Of a stretch of 64,000 nucleotides of DNA, positions 7,971 to 17,163 are shown piece after piece. A program made the translations under genes and the position numbers. The stretch is taken from positions 3,936,001 to 4,000,000 of the forward strand of contig OY762911.1 of NCBI GenBank assembly GCA_963666565.1, in the 5' to 3' direction. The notes beneath the pieces were generated by a model. That model did no database searches and was not told where the DNA came from. It saw nothing but the letters and a program-made list of their open reading frames with translations. The stretch is from Thermoanaerobaculia bacterium (GTDB lineage Bacteria > Acidobacteriota > Thermoanaerobaculia > Multivoradales > Multivoraceae). Numbering within the stretch: position 1 is the first letter of the stretch; every line of letters starts with the position of its first letter.

Positions 7971-9212
7971 TTGACGAACCCGTCGATCCGGATCCGCCAG
8001 CCGGTCGCGCTCAGGGCCGTCAACCGCGTCGGGGCGATGGTCCGGCGGTGGGGGCTGAAGCCCTTCGCGCTGGACGCCGAGCGGATCCTGGAAAACGCGC
8101 GACAGGCCAGCGGTTTCGACGTGCGCGACCCCATGTTCCGGGAGGGCCTGGCGCGCCTGGTTCACGGACTCGAATCGCACGCGCGCTTGACCGCCTTCGG
8201 GCGGCTGGCCGTCCGGGGCACGGTCCAGCGCATGGCCGATTCGCGCTCCAAGGTGGAGAGAACGCTCGCGGAGCACCCCGAGATCGGCGCCGAGGAGATC
8301 CGCGCGCCTGTCTTCATCGTCGGCATGCCCCGGAGCGGCACGACAATCCTCCACGCGCTGCTGCACCTGGACCGCGACCACAGGGCGCCCCTCTGCTGGG
8401 AGTGCCTGCTGCCCCACCCGGCGCCGGGCCCGGAGGACCACAGCGACAACGACCGGATCGAGACAGTGCGCCGGGAGTTCGACCGGATCTTCCGGCTCGT
8501 CCCAGACTTCCGGCGCAAGCACTACATGACCGCCGACTCGCCGCAGGAGTGCATCGGCGTCACCGCGCTCAACTTCGCGAGCTTCCAGTACCTGGCCATG
8601 GCCTGGCTGCCCGAGTACCACGACTGGTTCGTCAACGCCGACCAGGAAGCGAACCTCCGGTGGCACCGGCGCTTCCTCCAGTTCCTGCAGTCGGGCGGCG
8701 TGCGCACCCGTCGCTGGCTACTGAAGTCGCCCGTTCACATGATGCGGCTGCGCGCCCTGTTCGAGGTCTATCCGGATGCCCGCGTCATCGTGACCCATCG
8801 CCACCCGGCCGACGTCGTGCCCTCGACCGCAAGCCTGATCTCGTCGATGCGGTCGTTCTACACGGACCGCGAAGACCCGCTGCGGACGGGGCGCGAGCAA
8901 CTCTTGATCTGGGCCGACTACTTCGCCCGGTTCCTGCGCGACCGCCGGGAACTCGGCCGCGAGGAGCAGATGGTCGACGTCTTCTTCGACGACTTCGTCG
9001 AGGACCAGATGTCGGTCGTCGACAAGGTCTACTCGCGCTTCAACTGGAACCTGCGGCCGGAGGACCGCGACGCGATGGAGCGGTTCCTGCAGCGGGAGCG
9101 CCGAGGGAAGCACGGCGTACACGAGTACTCGCTGAAACGGATCGGCATGGCGCCGGCCGACATCGACAACGAGTACGCGCACTACCTCGCCTTTCTGGAA
9201 ACCCTGAGATGA
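7971..9212 (+). CDS. Sulfotransferase (Sulfotransfer_3 / Stf-like)
   Basis: PAPS-binding loop PVFIVGMPRSGTT, WLLKSPVH, THRHP...S.ASL, HGVHEYSL. Confidence 0.9.
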   Translation: MTNPSIRIRQPVALRAVNRVGAMVRRWGLKPFALDAERILENARQASGFDVRDPMFREGLARLVHGLESHARLTAFGRLAVRGTVQRMADSRSKVERTLAEHPEIGAEEIRAPVFIVGMPRSGTTILHALLHLDRDHRAPLCWECLLPHPAPGPEDHSDNDRIETVRREFDRIFRLVPDFRRKHYMTADSPQECIGVTALNFASFQYLAMAWLPEYHDWFVNADQEANLRWHRRFLQFLQSGGVRTRRWLLKSPVHMMRLRALFEVYPDARVIVTHRHPADVVPSTASLISSMRSFYTDREDPLRTGREQLLIWADYFARFLRDRRELGREEQMVDVFFDDFVEDQMSVVDKVYSRFNWNLRPEDRDAMERFLQRERRGKHGVHEYSLKRIGMAPADIDNEYAHYLAFLETLR

Positions 9213-10294
9213 GCCTGGAGAACACGGAGATGAGCGAAAGCGACTTCGAAAGCCGGCAGGCCCTGCACGAGTTCCTGGACGTGGTCCGCAACGCCGAACG
9301 GACCTTCCTCGACCCGGAGAAGGAACTCGACCGCCAGGGCCACGTGGACGGCTACCAGCATCTGTTTCACCTGATGCAGGTGACGGTGGACTTCTACCTC
9401 CACAACGACCCCCTGCGTCCCCGCCTGATGCGGCTGACCGACGGCACGCGCAAGCTCTACGGCGACAACGTGGACGCGGTCTACTACTTCTCCCAGGTCC
9501 GCGGCGACCAGGAGTACGTCATCCGGGGCCGGCGCTTCGACAGTTGCTACCTGAGCTTCTGCCTCTACGGCGGCGACCCGAACGGTGAACTGGCCGACCG
9601 GGTGACGCTCAACGTGAACCACCGCGACATCGCCTTCGAAGACGACGGATCGTTCGAGATCAGGCTGACGCCGAACCCGAAGGGCCCGAACGAGTTCCGG
9701 ATCGAGCCGGACTCCGTCTCGCTCTTCACGCGCGAGTACTTCCTCGACGTCGCAACGGCGCGGGAGAGCATTCTCGGCATCGAGAACGCCTCGCCGCAGC
9801 CTCCCAAACTGCCGCTCGACGACACGGAACTGGCGCGACGCATCCGCAGCATGGCGACGTTCTTCATGTGCACGACCTGGATCGCGCCGCTGCCGGTCCA
9901 TCTGCCGTTCAACGAGTTCTGTGAGCCGTGGGAGTTCGACCCGGAACAGGGCGGCTGGGGGACCGTCGACAACATCTACTGCTTCTGCCGCTTCCGACTG
10001 GAGGAGCACGAGTACCTCAAGGCGACCTTCCGGTCGCCCGAGGCGTGCTACTGGGGCCTCCAGACCTGGAACTACCTGATGCAGTCCACCAACTACGACG
10101 ACTTCCCGGTCTGCGTCAACAAGCAGACCGCCGTCGCCGAGCCGGACGGCAGCTACGTCGTCTACCTCAGCCACCGCGAAGCGCCGAAGAACTGGATCAG
10201 CACGGCCGGCTACAACGAGGGCGTTCTCTTCGCCCGCTGGCTTCTCGCGGAAGAGCTGCCGGAAACGCCGAAGGTGGAGTTGGGGGAGTGGTGA
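9209..10294 (+). CDS. DUF1214-like protein
   Basis: GDNVDAVYY, DDGSFEIRL, REYF, YWGLQTWNYLMQS, EPDGSYVVYLSH, NWISTAG, RW. The ATG overlaps the sulfotransferase stop (ATGA). Confidence 0.75.
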   Translation: MSLENTEMSESDFESRQALHEFLDVVRNAERTFLDPEKELDRQGHVDGYQHLFHLMQVTVDFYLHNDPLRPRLMRLTDGTRKLYGDNVDAVYYFSQVRGDQEYVIRGRRFDSCYLSFCLYGGDPNGELADRVTLNVNHRDIAFEDDGSFEIRLTPNPKGPNEFRIEPDSVSLFTREYFLDVATARESILGIENASPQPPKLPLDDTELARRIRSMATFFMCTTWIAPLPVHLPFNEFCEPWEFDPEQGGWGTVDNIYCFCRFRLEEHEYLKATFRSPEACYWGLQTWNYLMQSTNYDDFPVCVNKQTAVAEPDGSYVVYLSHREAPKNWISTAGYNEGVLFARWLLAEELPETPKVELGEW

Positions 10295-10346
10295 CCCTCT
10301 GGGTCTAGGCAAAGCGGAGCCAGCCTGGCGGCCGGTCCGTCCTCAT

Positions 10347-10407
10347 GGCCGCCTTCGGCGGCAGCGGGTCAGAAGACCCGCGCACCCAGTCCCTCCCCCT
10401 GAGCCCC
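10347..10407 (+). repeat. Family A REP-like repeat followed by a lone right arm of family B
   Basis: GGCCGCCTTCGGCGGCAGCGGGTCAGAAGACCCGCGCACCC followed by CCCTCCCCCTGAGCCCC, between convergent genes. Confidence 0.85.
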
Positions 10408-10453
10408 GGAGCGGGCGGGTATCGCCTCCGCCGCCTCGCCGCGGCAGCAGCCG

Positions 10454-11563
10454 CTACAGCCAGTCGCGCTCGGCGATCTTCTTCGGCAGGAACTCCTCCG
10501 TGACGAAGGAGAGGCCCTTGCTGGAGAGGGCCTCGAGCTCCCACTTGACGCCGGCGCTGAGCATGTTCCTGATCTCCCGTTGCCATGCCTTCGCCTTGAA
10601 CCACTCGTAGTTCAGGATCTCCTTCGCGCGGGAACGGTCCTGGTCGTTCAGCCGGATGCTGACGTCCTCCGACAGGTCGTAGGCGCCCGGATCGAAGCTG
10701 GAGAGGCCGATGAACCGGGCCTTCGGCACCGCCATCCGCTTCGACTCGAAGGCGAGCCCGATGGACCCCTGCTTGACCACGGAGTGGATGTAGTAGCCCC
10801 ACGGGTCGTTGTCGACGAAGACGTACAGCGGCAGCTTCAGCTCGTGGACCATGCGGTAGAGGAGACGGCGTACCCCCCGCGGGGGCTGACCCTGGCCGGT
10901 CACCAGGATGCAATCGTGCCGCTTCCAGAACTTGTCCTCGTTGAGCCGCGCCCAGACCGCCTCCTTCTCCACCAGCAGGATGAACTTCGCGCCGTGGCCC
11001 ACGAAGCGGATCGTCTCCGGCTCGACGATGCCGGGCACCGACCAGCCGCCCGAGCCCATCCGCGACAGATCGATCACGTCGCCGGCGTCCACCAGTGTCA
11101 GCGGGCCAACGACGGAGCCGCGCTTGGCCGCGAACAGGTGGAGTTCCTCGCGGAGGGCGCCCAGGGTGACCTCCAGGTCCTCGATGATCGGATCCGATTC
11201 CTCCTGGCCCTCGAAGGTGTTCTCCTTGCCGTCGGCCAGGGTGTGCTTGCTCATGTAGTAGAGGTCGCGGATGCTGGTCGTCTTCCGTTCGTCGAGGAGC
11301 TGGGTGCAGCCGCGGGCGACCAGGAGCGTCTGCATGTACTTGCGGGCCTGGTTCAGGTTGAACAGCGAGCGACGCTGGGTCGCGTCGCCCATCTCGATGA
11401 TCTTCTTGCGCTTCGAGAACGTGACGTTCGAGAGCGTGCGCGACGGGATGTCGACGTAGGGATCGACCTCGCGGCGCGCCATGGCGATCGTCTTCTTCGC
11501 CAGGTGCTCGATCTTGGCGCGGGCGTCGAGGCTGGCCGGGATCCTCAGCCGGTCGGACGTCAT
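10454..11563 (-). CDS. top6A: DNA topoisomerase VI subunit A (Spo11-like)
   Basis: TSIRDLYY (catalytic Tyr region), QEESDPIIEDLE, LVEKEAV, GQGQP, DNDPWG (TOPRIM DxD), KWELEAL. ATG 11563 overlaps the top6B stop. Confidence 0.95.
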   Translation of the reverse strand: MTSDRLRIPASLDARAKIEHLAKKTIAMARREVDPYVDIPSRTLSNVTFSKRKKIIEMGDATQRRSLFNLNQARKYMQTLLVARGCTQLLDERKTTSIRDLYYMSKHTLADGKENTFEGQEESDPIIEDLEVTLGALREELHLFAAKRGSVVGPLTLVDAGDVIDLSRMGSGGWSVPGIVEPETIRFVGHGAKFILLVEKEAVWARLNEDKFWKRHDCILVTGQGQPPRGVRRLLYRMVHELKLPLYVFVDNDPWGYYIHSVVKQGSIGLAFESKRMAVPKARFIGLSSFDPGAYDLSEDVSIRLNDQDRSRAKEILNYEWFKAKAWQREIRNMLSAGVKWELEALSSKGLSFVTEEFLPKKIAERDWL

Positions 11564-13266
11564 GCGAGCTCCAACTGCGACCCGGGATCGCGCTCGGCTT
11601 CCGCGGGAACCGGCGGCGGCAAACGCTCCGCGTCCGGATCGACGACGAGGACGTTCTCGGAGGCTTCCATCTCGTCGGCGGCGCCGTCCTGCTCCTCGAG
11701 CATCCCCGCCAGTTCCGTCTTCTTGCGGCTGATGGCGAGCAGCCGCTCGCGGAACAGCTTCTGGTTCTTGCCGGTGATCGCCTCCACCGAGCTGACGACC
11801 TCCTCGATGTAGAGGTTGAAGACCTCGCGGCGGCGCGCCTCGCTCCGGGCGCGCGCCTTGCGCTTGACGTACCGGCCGAGCCGGCGCCCGCAGGTCTGTA
11901 CGGCGAGCTTGATCTCCTTGCGGATCTCGTCGTAGTCCGCCACCGCCACCTTGCTCTCGGAACTGAACGGTACCCACACCGAAGCGAGATGCACCAGGAC
12001 GATCAGCGGGCCCGACGGCAGCGCGCCCCGGGACTGGGTCAGGCCGTAGTTGCGCCAGGAGACGTCCATCACCGCCTTCGTGATGCAGCAGGAGCCGGCC
12101 AGGTACTGGAGCGGCACCCGGTTCGCGAACCGGAGCACCTTCGCCAGGTCGTCGGCCGGCAGGTCGCCGCCCCAGGCCATGCCGACTTCGACCTGGAACG
12201 GATTGCCGCGGTAGACCGCCGGCCGGCGGGTCTCGACGGCGTAGAACTCGGCCCGGATGCCGCGCGTCAGGCCCGCCAGCAACTCCTGCACGCCGATCGG
12301 CGACAGGCAGTCGGTCGAGGGCGGCCGGATGCGGGTCGAGGCGTCGTTCAGCGCCTGGTAGAGCTTGTCGGCGGCCTTGCGCACGACCGTGTGCGGACGC
12401 GCCTTCGGGTCGATGCCCGCCCGCTTCGCAAGGCCCACAGCCATCTGCGGCGACACCCGGCTGAAGTCCCGGGACAGGCACTGGCCGATCGTCGCGTGCT
12501 CGGTCGACTGCAGCATCTTCATCAGCACGCCGAGTTCGACGCCGTGCGGGTGCGGCTTGATCTCGCGCGGCGCCACGGGATTCGACTCGACGCCGCGGAC
12601 GTAGTGCGCCTCTTCGCCGCGCGGGTCCCGGTAGTGCAGCGTCGCGTGGGGGTTCGCCACCGCCACCTGGTGCAGGAACTCCTCCACCGACTGGCGGCCC
12701 TTCAGGTACTGCGCCTCCAGCTCCAGTTCGACGCGGGTGCCATGGTCGAGGTCCCAGTCGTCGAGCTTCTTCCTGCCGACCGCCTTCGGCTTGTTCGTGT
12801 TCGTGTCGATGACGACCTGCATCGCGTACGCGGGCGAACCCGGGCCCGTGCGCGACACGACGGAGACCGGCTTGCCGGTCGTCAACTGGCCGTACATCGC
12901 CGCCGCCGAGATGCCGATCCCCTGCTGGCCGCGGCTCTGCTTCAGGCTGTGAAACTTCGACCCGTAGAGAAGCTGCCCGAAGATCCTCGGCGCCTGCGCC
13001 CGGACGATCCCCGGCCCGTTGTCGGTCACCCGCACGACGTAGCGGTTGCCGCCCTCGGCCGCTTCGAGTTCGACCCATATCTCCGGCAGGATGCCCGCCT
13101 CCTCGCAGGCGTCGAGCGAGTTGTCGACCGCCTCCTTGACCGTCGTCAGGAGGGCCTTGCGGAGCGAGTCGAACCCGAGCAGGTGACGGTTCTTGGCGAA
13201 GAACTCCGAAACCGAGATCTCCCTCTGGCGGCGGGAGAGCGTCTCGGCTGTGACTCGCTTCGCCAC
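11560..13266 (-). CDS. top6B: DNA topoisomerase VI subunit B
   Basis: EISVSEFFAKNRHLLGFD, EAVDNSLDA, DNGPGI, GSKFH..QSRGQQGIGIS (GHKL fold), PHPHG, RFANRVPL, VPFSSESK. Confidence 0.96.
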   Translation of the reverse strand: MAKRVTAETLSRRQREISVSEFFAKNRHLLGFDSLRKALLTTVKEAVDNSLDACEEAGILPEIWVELEAAEGGNRYVVRVTDNGPGIVRAQAPRIFGQLLYGSKFHSLKQSRGQQGIGISAAAMYGQLTTGKPVSVVSRTGPGSPAYAMQVVIDTNTNKPKAVGRKKLDDWDLDHGTRVELELEAQYLKGRQSVEEFLHQVAVANPHATLHYRDPRGEEAHYVRGVESNPVAPREIKPHPHGVELGVLMKMLQSTEHATIGQCLSRDFSRVSPQMAVGLAKRAGIDPKARPHTVVRKAADKLYQALNDASTRIRPPSTDCLSPIGVQELLAGLTRGIRAEFYAVETRRPAVYRGNPFQVEVGMAWGGDLPADDLAKVLRFANRVPLQYLAGSCCITKAVMDVSWRNYGLTQSRGALPSGPLIVLVHLASVWVPFSSESKVAVADYDEIRKEIKLAVQTCGRRLGRYVKRKARARSEARRREVFNLYIEEVVSSVEAITGKNQKLFRERLLAISRKKTELAGMLEEQDGAADEMEASENVLVVDPDAERLPPPVPAEAERDPGSQLELA

Positions 13267-13296
13267 GATTGCCTTTCTTCGGGGCGGCCTTTCGGT

Positions 13297-15471
13297 TCAG
13301 GGGTTCAGAACGTGGCGCACTCCCACGTGCACCATGCGGGGGGCGCCGACCGTCACCAGCCCGGCGCCGGAGATGCCCACCTGCACCTCCTCGTCGAGGA
13401 GGTTCTCGAGACCGGCGAACACATGCCACCGGCTGCCGAGGGCCCGGGCCGCGCTCAGATCGACAACGGCGAAGCTGGACAGCGGCCGCGCGTTCAGATC
13501 GTCCTCGAACTGCTCGCCGACGAAGCGGAGTCCGAGCCGCGCCTGAAGGAGATCGGGGTTCGAGTACTCGAGGCCGAGGCTCGCCGACTGCTCGGGGGTC
13601 TGCGCCAGCCGCTTCCCCTCGAGTTCCGGGAACTCGGCCGCGCTGTCGACCTCGGCGTTGCTGTAGAGCCAGGAAACATCCAGCCGCCAGTCGTCGCCGA
13701 GCCGCTGGCGGAGTTCCGCCTCGAGACCCTGGATGCGGGTGCGATCCAGGTTGAGCCGCTGCCGGCAGGAACCGCCGCCCGGCACGAAGCCGCAAGGCCG
13801 GAAGAAGCGGCTGCTCGGGATCGTCGCCAGGGTGACGTTGGCGATCGGGTTCTTCACCCGGTTGACGAAGGCGTTGAACGAAAGCCGCGACCCGCCCTGG
13901 TATCGCACGGCGCCGAACTCGACGCCGGAGAGCCGCTCCGGCTCCAGCGCCTCGTTTGCCTCCGTGATGTCGTTGCGGACCCGGAACGGACGGTAGAGCT
14001 CGTTGACGGTCGGCGCCCGGAACGACCCGTACACCGAGCCGCGCAGACTCCACCCCATGTCAAGCGCGTAGCGGAAGCCGATCCGCGGCGACGCCGCCGT
14101 CTCCGTCCGGTCCTCGAACGCGTCGTCGCGCCGGATCGAGCCGTCGGCCTTGTTCGTCTCCAGCCGGCTGCCGGAATCCGTGTCCCAGCGGTCGACGCGG
14201 GCGCCGAGTTCCAGGGTGAAGCGATCGCCGAAGTCGGCCCGCCGCTGCACGTAGGCGCCCGCGATCGACTGGTCGCCGCCGGCCATGCGGCGCCGGTTGA
14301 ACTGCGTCGTGTAGAAGAAGTCCTCGTTCGTCGCGCCGTCGACGCTCCGCCACTCGGCGCCCGCGACCCACAGGCCGGCGCCGGCTTCGCCCTCCCACTG
14401 CGCGCCCAGGCCCGTGGCCTCGGAGTCGACCAGCCACTGGTCGAGGGCTGGCCGTTCGGACGAGCGGTCGGCCTGCTGGGCGCTGAACCGGCTGGCGAAC
14501 TCCTGCTCGTGGCTGAAGCCGCGGACCGTCCAGGTATCGCCCCGGCCGCTCACCACGTCCGCGCTGAAGCGGAACGAAGTCAGGTCCGTGTCGTTGCCGG
14601 TGAGCGGCGTGCCGTTGCCGCGGTCTTCGGAGAGGTTGTCGCCGCCGACGGCGATCTGCACCGACTCGCCGGGAGACAACGTCAGCCGGCCGCCGACGCT
14701 CGTCTGCTCGGAGAACGCGTCGACGTCGATCGGCCCGCGCTGGTCGTCCCGCACGACCGGGTAGCCGTCCATGTCGAAGGTCCTGGCCGACAGCGTCAAC
14801 GACGCGCTCTCGAATCCCTGGCCGAACCAGGCGTCGCCGGACAGCACGCCGTGGTCGCCGGCGAGCGCCGAGAGGCTCAACCCGGGCCCCGTTTCCGGCG
14901 GGGTCGCCGTGACCAGGTGGATCACGCCGCCCAGGGCGGAGTTACCCCAGAGGCTCGAACCGCCGCCGCGCACGACCTCGATCCGGTCCAGGCTCTCGCG
15001 GCCGACCCGTCCCCAGTAGATCCAGCCGCCGAACGGATCGTTCAGCGGCAGGCCGTCGAGCAGCACCAGGGTGCGGCTGACGCCGCTCGGTCCGATGCCG
15101 CGGAGCGAGACGCCCTGACTCGTCGGATGCGCGACCATCGAGCTGTTGCGGCGGAACAGACTGAAGCCCGGCACCCGGCGCATCGTGTCGTCGAGCGCCA
15201 GGGAAGCGCTGGCCCGGAGTTCGGCGCCGGAGAGCACGGACACGCTGGACGTCACCTGGCCAAGCTCCTGTTCGGCCCGGGAGGCGGTGACGACGATCGT
15301 CTCGGCAAGCGAGGAATCCTCGACCGGCTCGGCGCCGTCGTCTTCCGAGGCCGCCGCCGCGACCGCCGCGGAGGCGAGCAGGGCCAGCGCGAGCGCCGAC
15401 GCGCGAAGCAAGCGGCCGCGAAGCGGACGGTCGGGGGTTCGAGTCGTCGAGGCGATGGGCAATGTCGTCAT
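13297..15471 (-). CDS. TonB-dependent receptor
   Basis: Signal peptide, TonB box ETIVVTASR, SLRGIG..RTLVLLDGLPLNDPFGGW, RIEVVRGGGSSLWG..ALGGVI, FRAPTVNELY, ENLLDE. Confidence 0.92.
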   Translation of the reverse strand: MTTLPIASTTRTPDRPLRGRLLRASALALALLASAAVAAAASEDDGAEPVEDSSLAETIVVTASRAEQELGQVTSSVSVLSGAELRASASLALDDTMRRVPGFSLFRRNSSMVAHPTSQGVSLRGIGPSGVSRTLVLLDGLPLNDPFGGWIYWGRVGRESLDRIEVVRGGGSSLWGNSALGGVIHLVTATPPETGPGLSLSALAGDHGVLSGDAWFGQGFESASLTLSARTFDMDGYPVVRDDQRGPIDVDAFSEQTSVGGRLTLSPGESVQIAVGGDNLSEDRGNGTPLTGNDTDLTSFRFSADVVSGRGDTWTVRGFSHEQEFASRFSAQQADRSSERPALDQWLVDSEATGLGAQWEGEAGAGLWVAGAEWRSVDGATNEDFFYTTQFNRRRMAGGDQSIAGAYVQRRADFGDRFTLELGARVDRWDTDSGSRLETNKADGSIRRDDAFEDRTETAASPRIGFRYALDMGWSLRGSVYGSFRAPTVNELYRPFRVRNDITEANEALEPERLSGVEFGAVRYQGGSRLSFNAFVNRVKNPIANVTLATIPSSRFFRPCGFVPGGGSCRQRLNLDRTRIQGLEAELRQRLGDDWRLDVSWLYSNAEVDSAAEFPELEGKRLAQTPEQSASLGLEYSNPDLLQARLGLRFVGEQFEDDLNARPLSSFAVVDLSAARALGSRWHVFAGLENLLDEEVQVGISGAGLVTVGAPRMVHVGVRHVLNP

Positions 15472-16991
15472 GCGGGCTCCTGGGCGGCCGGACCCGGCGT
15501 CTCCGGATCGGCGGGAGCGGGCATGGTAAACGATTCCGGGGCGACCTCCGCGCCGGCGTCGGCCTCCCGGATCCTCAACTCGGCGGCGACCTGGCCCTCC
15601 ACCGCGATGCGGATCGTCCCCGGCACCATCAGTCCGCCGGCGTCCATGTAGTCGCCAAGCGTCACCTCGATCTCGCCCGTGGAACCCAGGAGCGCCCCGT
15701 CGAAGACGACCCGGCGCTCCAGGAAGTCCTCGCCGCCCAGGTGGAGCGTGCGCGCTTCGCCCTCCGCGCCCACGATGTCGAGCCGGTAGGTCTCGTCGCG
15801 CGCGACCTTCCCGACGCCCCCGAACGACACGTCCAGGCCGCGCTCCTCCCTGTTCGCGAGCAGCCCCCACAGAAACTCGCCGAGGAGCTCCGCCGCTCCG
15901 ACCGTCTCCTCCGGAAGCGGCGCCGGCTCGACGACGCCCTGCATCGGCGACAGGTTCCAGGGCGTCTCGCCGTCGTACGCCAGGACCATCGTCAGTCCCT
16001 GCAGGTCGATGTCGATGCGGAACGAACTCGGGCGGGCGAACGCCGCCGTCATCGGCACTTCGAAACCGAGCATGACCGCCGTGCCGGTCGCGCTCAACGT
16101 CTCGACCTCGGCGGCCGAACCGCCGCGGGCGTTTCCGTAGCGCGCCAGCACCTCGTCCAGGCCAAGCGCCGCGTCGGCGGCCTGGCCCGGCATGAAGAAG
16201 ACGTCGGGGTCGATCTCCGGGTCGATCTCGAAGGACTCGAACTGGAGCGGCATCTCCCCCATCGGGCTCGTCAGGGTGTGCAGATGAGCCACCATCGTGC
16301 CGCCGACCTCCCGGTAGTCGTCGAACGTCGTCGTGGACTCCTGCAGGCCGAAGCCGAGGTCCGCCTGCGACACCCGCTTCCTCTCCAGACCGTCCTCGAC
16401 GCCGATGAACATCTGCTGGACGAAACCGTTGGGCGCGGTGACGATGAGCTTCCAGGCCTCTCCGCTCTCGATCTCCTCGCGGCCGGCGAGCTCGACGCGG
16501 TAGCCGCGCTGCTCGTAGTCCACCAGGCCCATGACGTTGAGTCCGGCTTCGGCCGCCAGCGCGGCGGCGCCGTCGCCTTCCACAACCGCCGGCTTCATCT
16601 GGCCCGGCTGCTGGCCCCAGGCCTGCTCGCCGTCGAACGCCTGAATCAGGGCCATGCCGCCGAAGTCGCCGTCCATCCGCACCTGGTTCGGAGCGCGCAG
16701 AAGCACCGTGAACGGCGCCTCCATGCCCTGGAACGTCATCGTCGCCTTGCCGCGTACCGCCGTGAGGGAGCGGAGCCGCTCCAGCCCGCCGAGGGCCTCG
16801 AAGTGGGCGGCGAGAACGCGGTCCAGTTCGCTGGGTTCGGCCTCTTCCTGCGCCCGGGCCGGCACCGCCGCCACGGCCAGCGCGAGCAAGGCCGCGCAGA
16901 GGCCGATCCGACCCGCGAAACCTCCGTTCTTCCGAACGCGGCACGCCGTCCGCGAGCGAGCCGCTGAACCGATCGGTGCAGATCCCTTCAT
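15468..16991 (-). CDS. Exported protein with two tandem LolA-like (outer-membrane lipoprotein-sorting-like) domains
   Basis: GGAGG RBS and signal peptide. Two repeats begin LDRVLAAHFEALGG and LDEVLARYGNARGG, containing FDGEQAW/YDGETPW and DYREVGG/DYMDAGG. Confidence 0.65.
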   Translation of the reverse strand: MKGSAPIGSAARSRTACRVRKNGGFAGRIGLCAALLALAVAAVPARAQEEAEPSELDRVLAAHFEALGGLERLRSLTAVRGKATMTFQGMEAPFTVLLRAPNQVRMDGDFGGMALIQAFDGEQAWGQQPGQMKPAVVEGDGAAALAAEAGLNVMGLVDYEQRGYRVELAGREEIESGEAWKLIVTAPNGFVQQMFIGVEDGLERKRVSQADLGFGLQESTTTFDDYREVGGTMVAHLHTLTSPMGEMPLQFESFEIDPEIDPDVFFMPGQAADAALGLDEVLARYGNARGGSAAEVETLSATGTAVMLGFEVPMTAAFARPSSFRIDIDLQGLTMVLAYDGETPWNLSPMQGVVEPAPLPEETVGAAELLGEFLWGLLANREERGLDVSFGGVGKVARDETYRLDIVGAEGEARTLHLGGEDFLERRVVFDGALLGSTGEIEVTLGDYMDAGGLMVPGTIRIAVEGQVAAELRIREADAGAEVAPESFTMPAPADPETPGPAAQEPA

Positions 16992-17163
16992 CTCATCCTC
17001 CGCTGGCTGTCCGCCGCGAGTTCCGCCGGTGGGCGCCAGGGCGGCTCGCTGCCCCAAACTGTGCCGGCATGATAGCCGAACGGGCATATGCTCGGTTCCC
17101 GCGAGAACAGGCCCGCGACAAGGATGCGGCCGTCGCACCGCCCCAACAGCAGGAGACACCGGC

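Noticed and set aside
10454-14053. 1199-aa ORF suggesting a giant Top6A fusion
   Set aside because: The upstream part is an Arg/Gly/Ala-rich off-frame read through top6B and the TonB receptor. The real gene starts at the ATGA overlap at 11563. The same artefact explains 13297-16944, 28919-32917, 8048-10294 and 58820-61732.
11989-15651. Long antisense ORFs (also 30421-33057, 38405-41512, 57240-59771, 60242-62884)
   Set aside because: These are shadow frames of well-supported genes on the other strand, expected in high-GC DNA, and carry no recognisable motifs.
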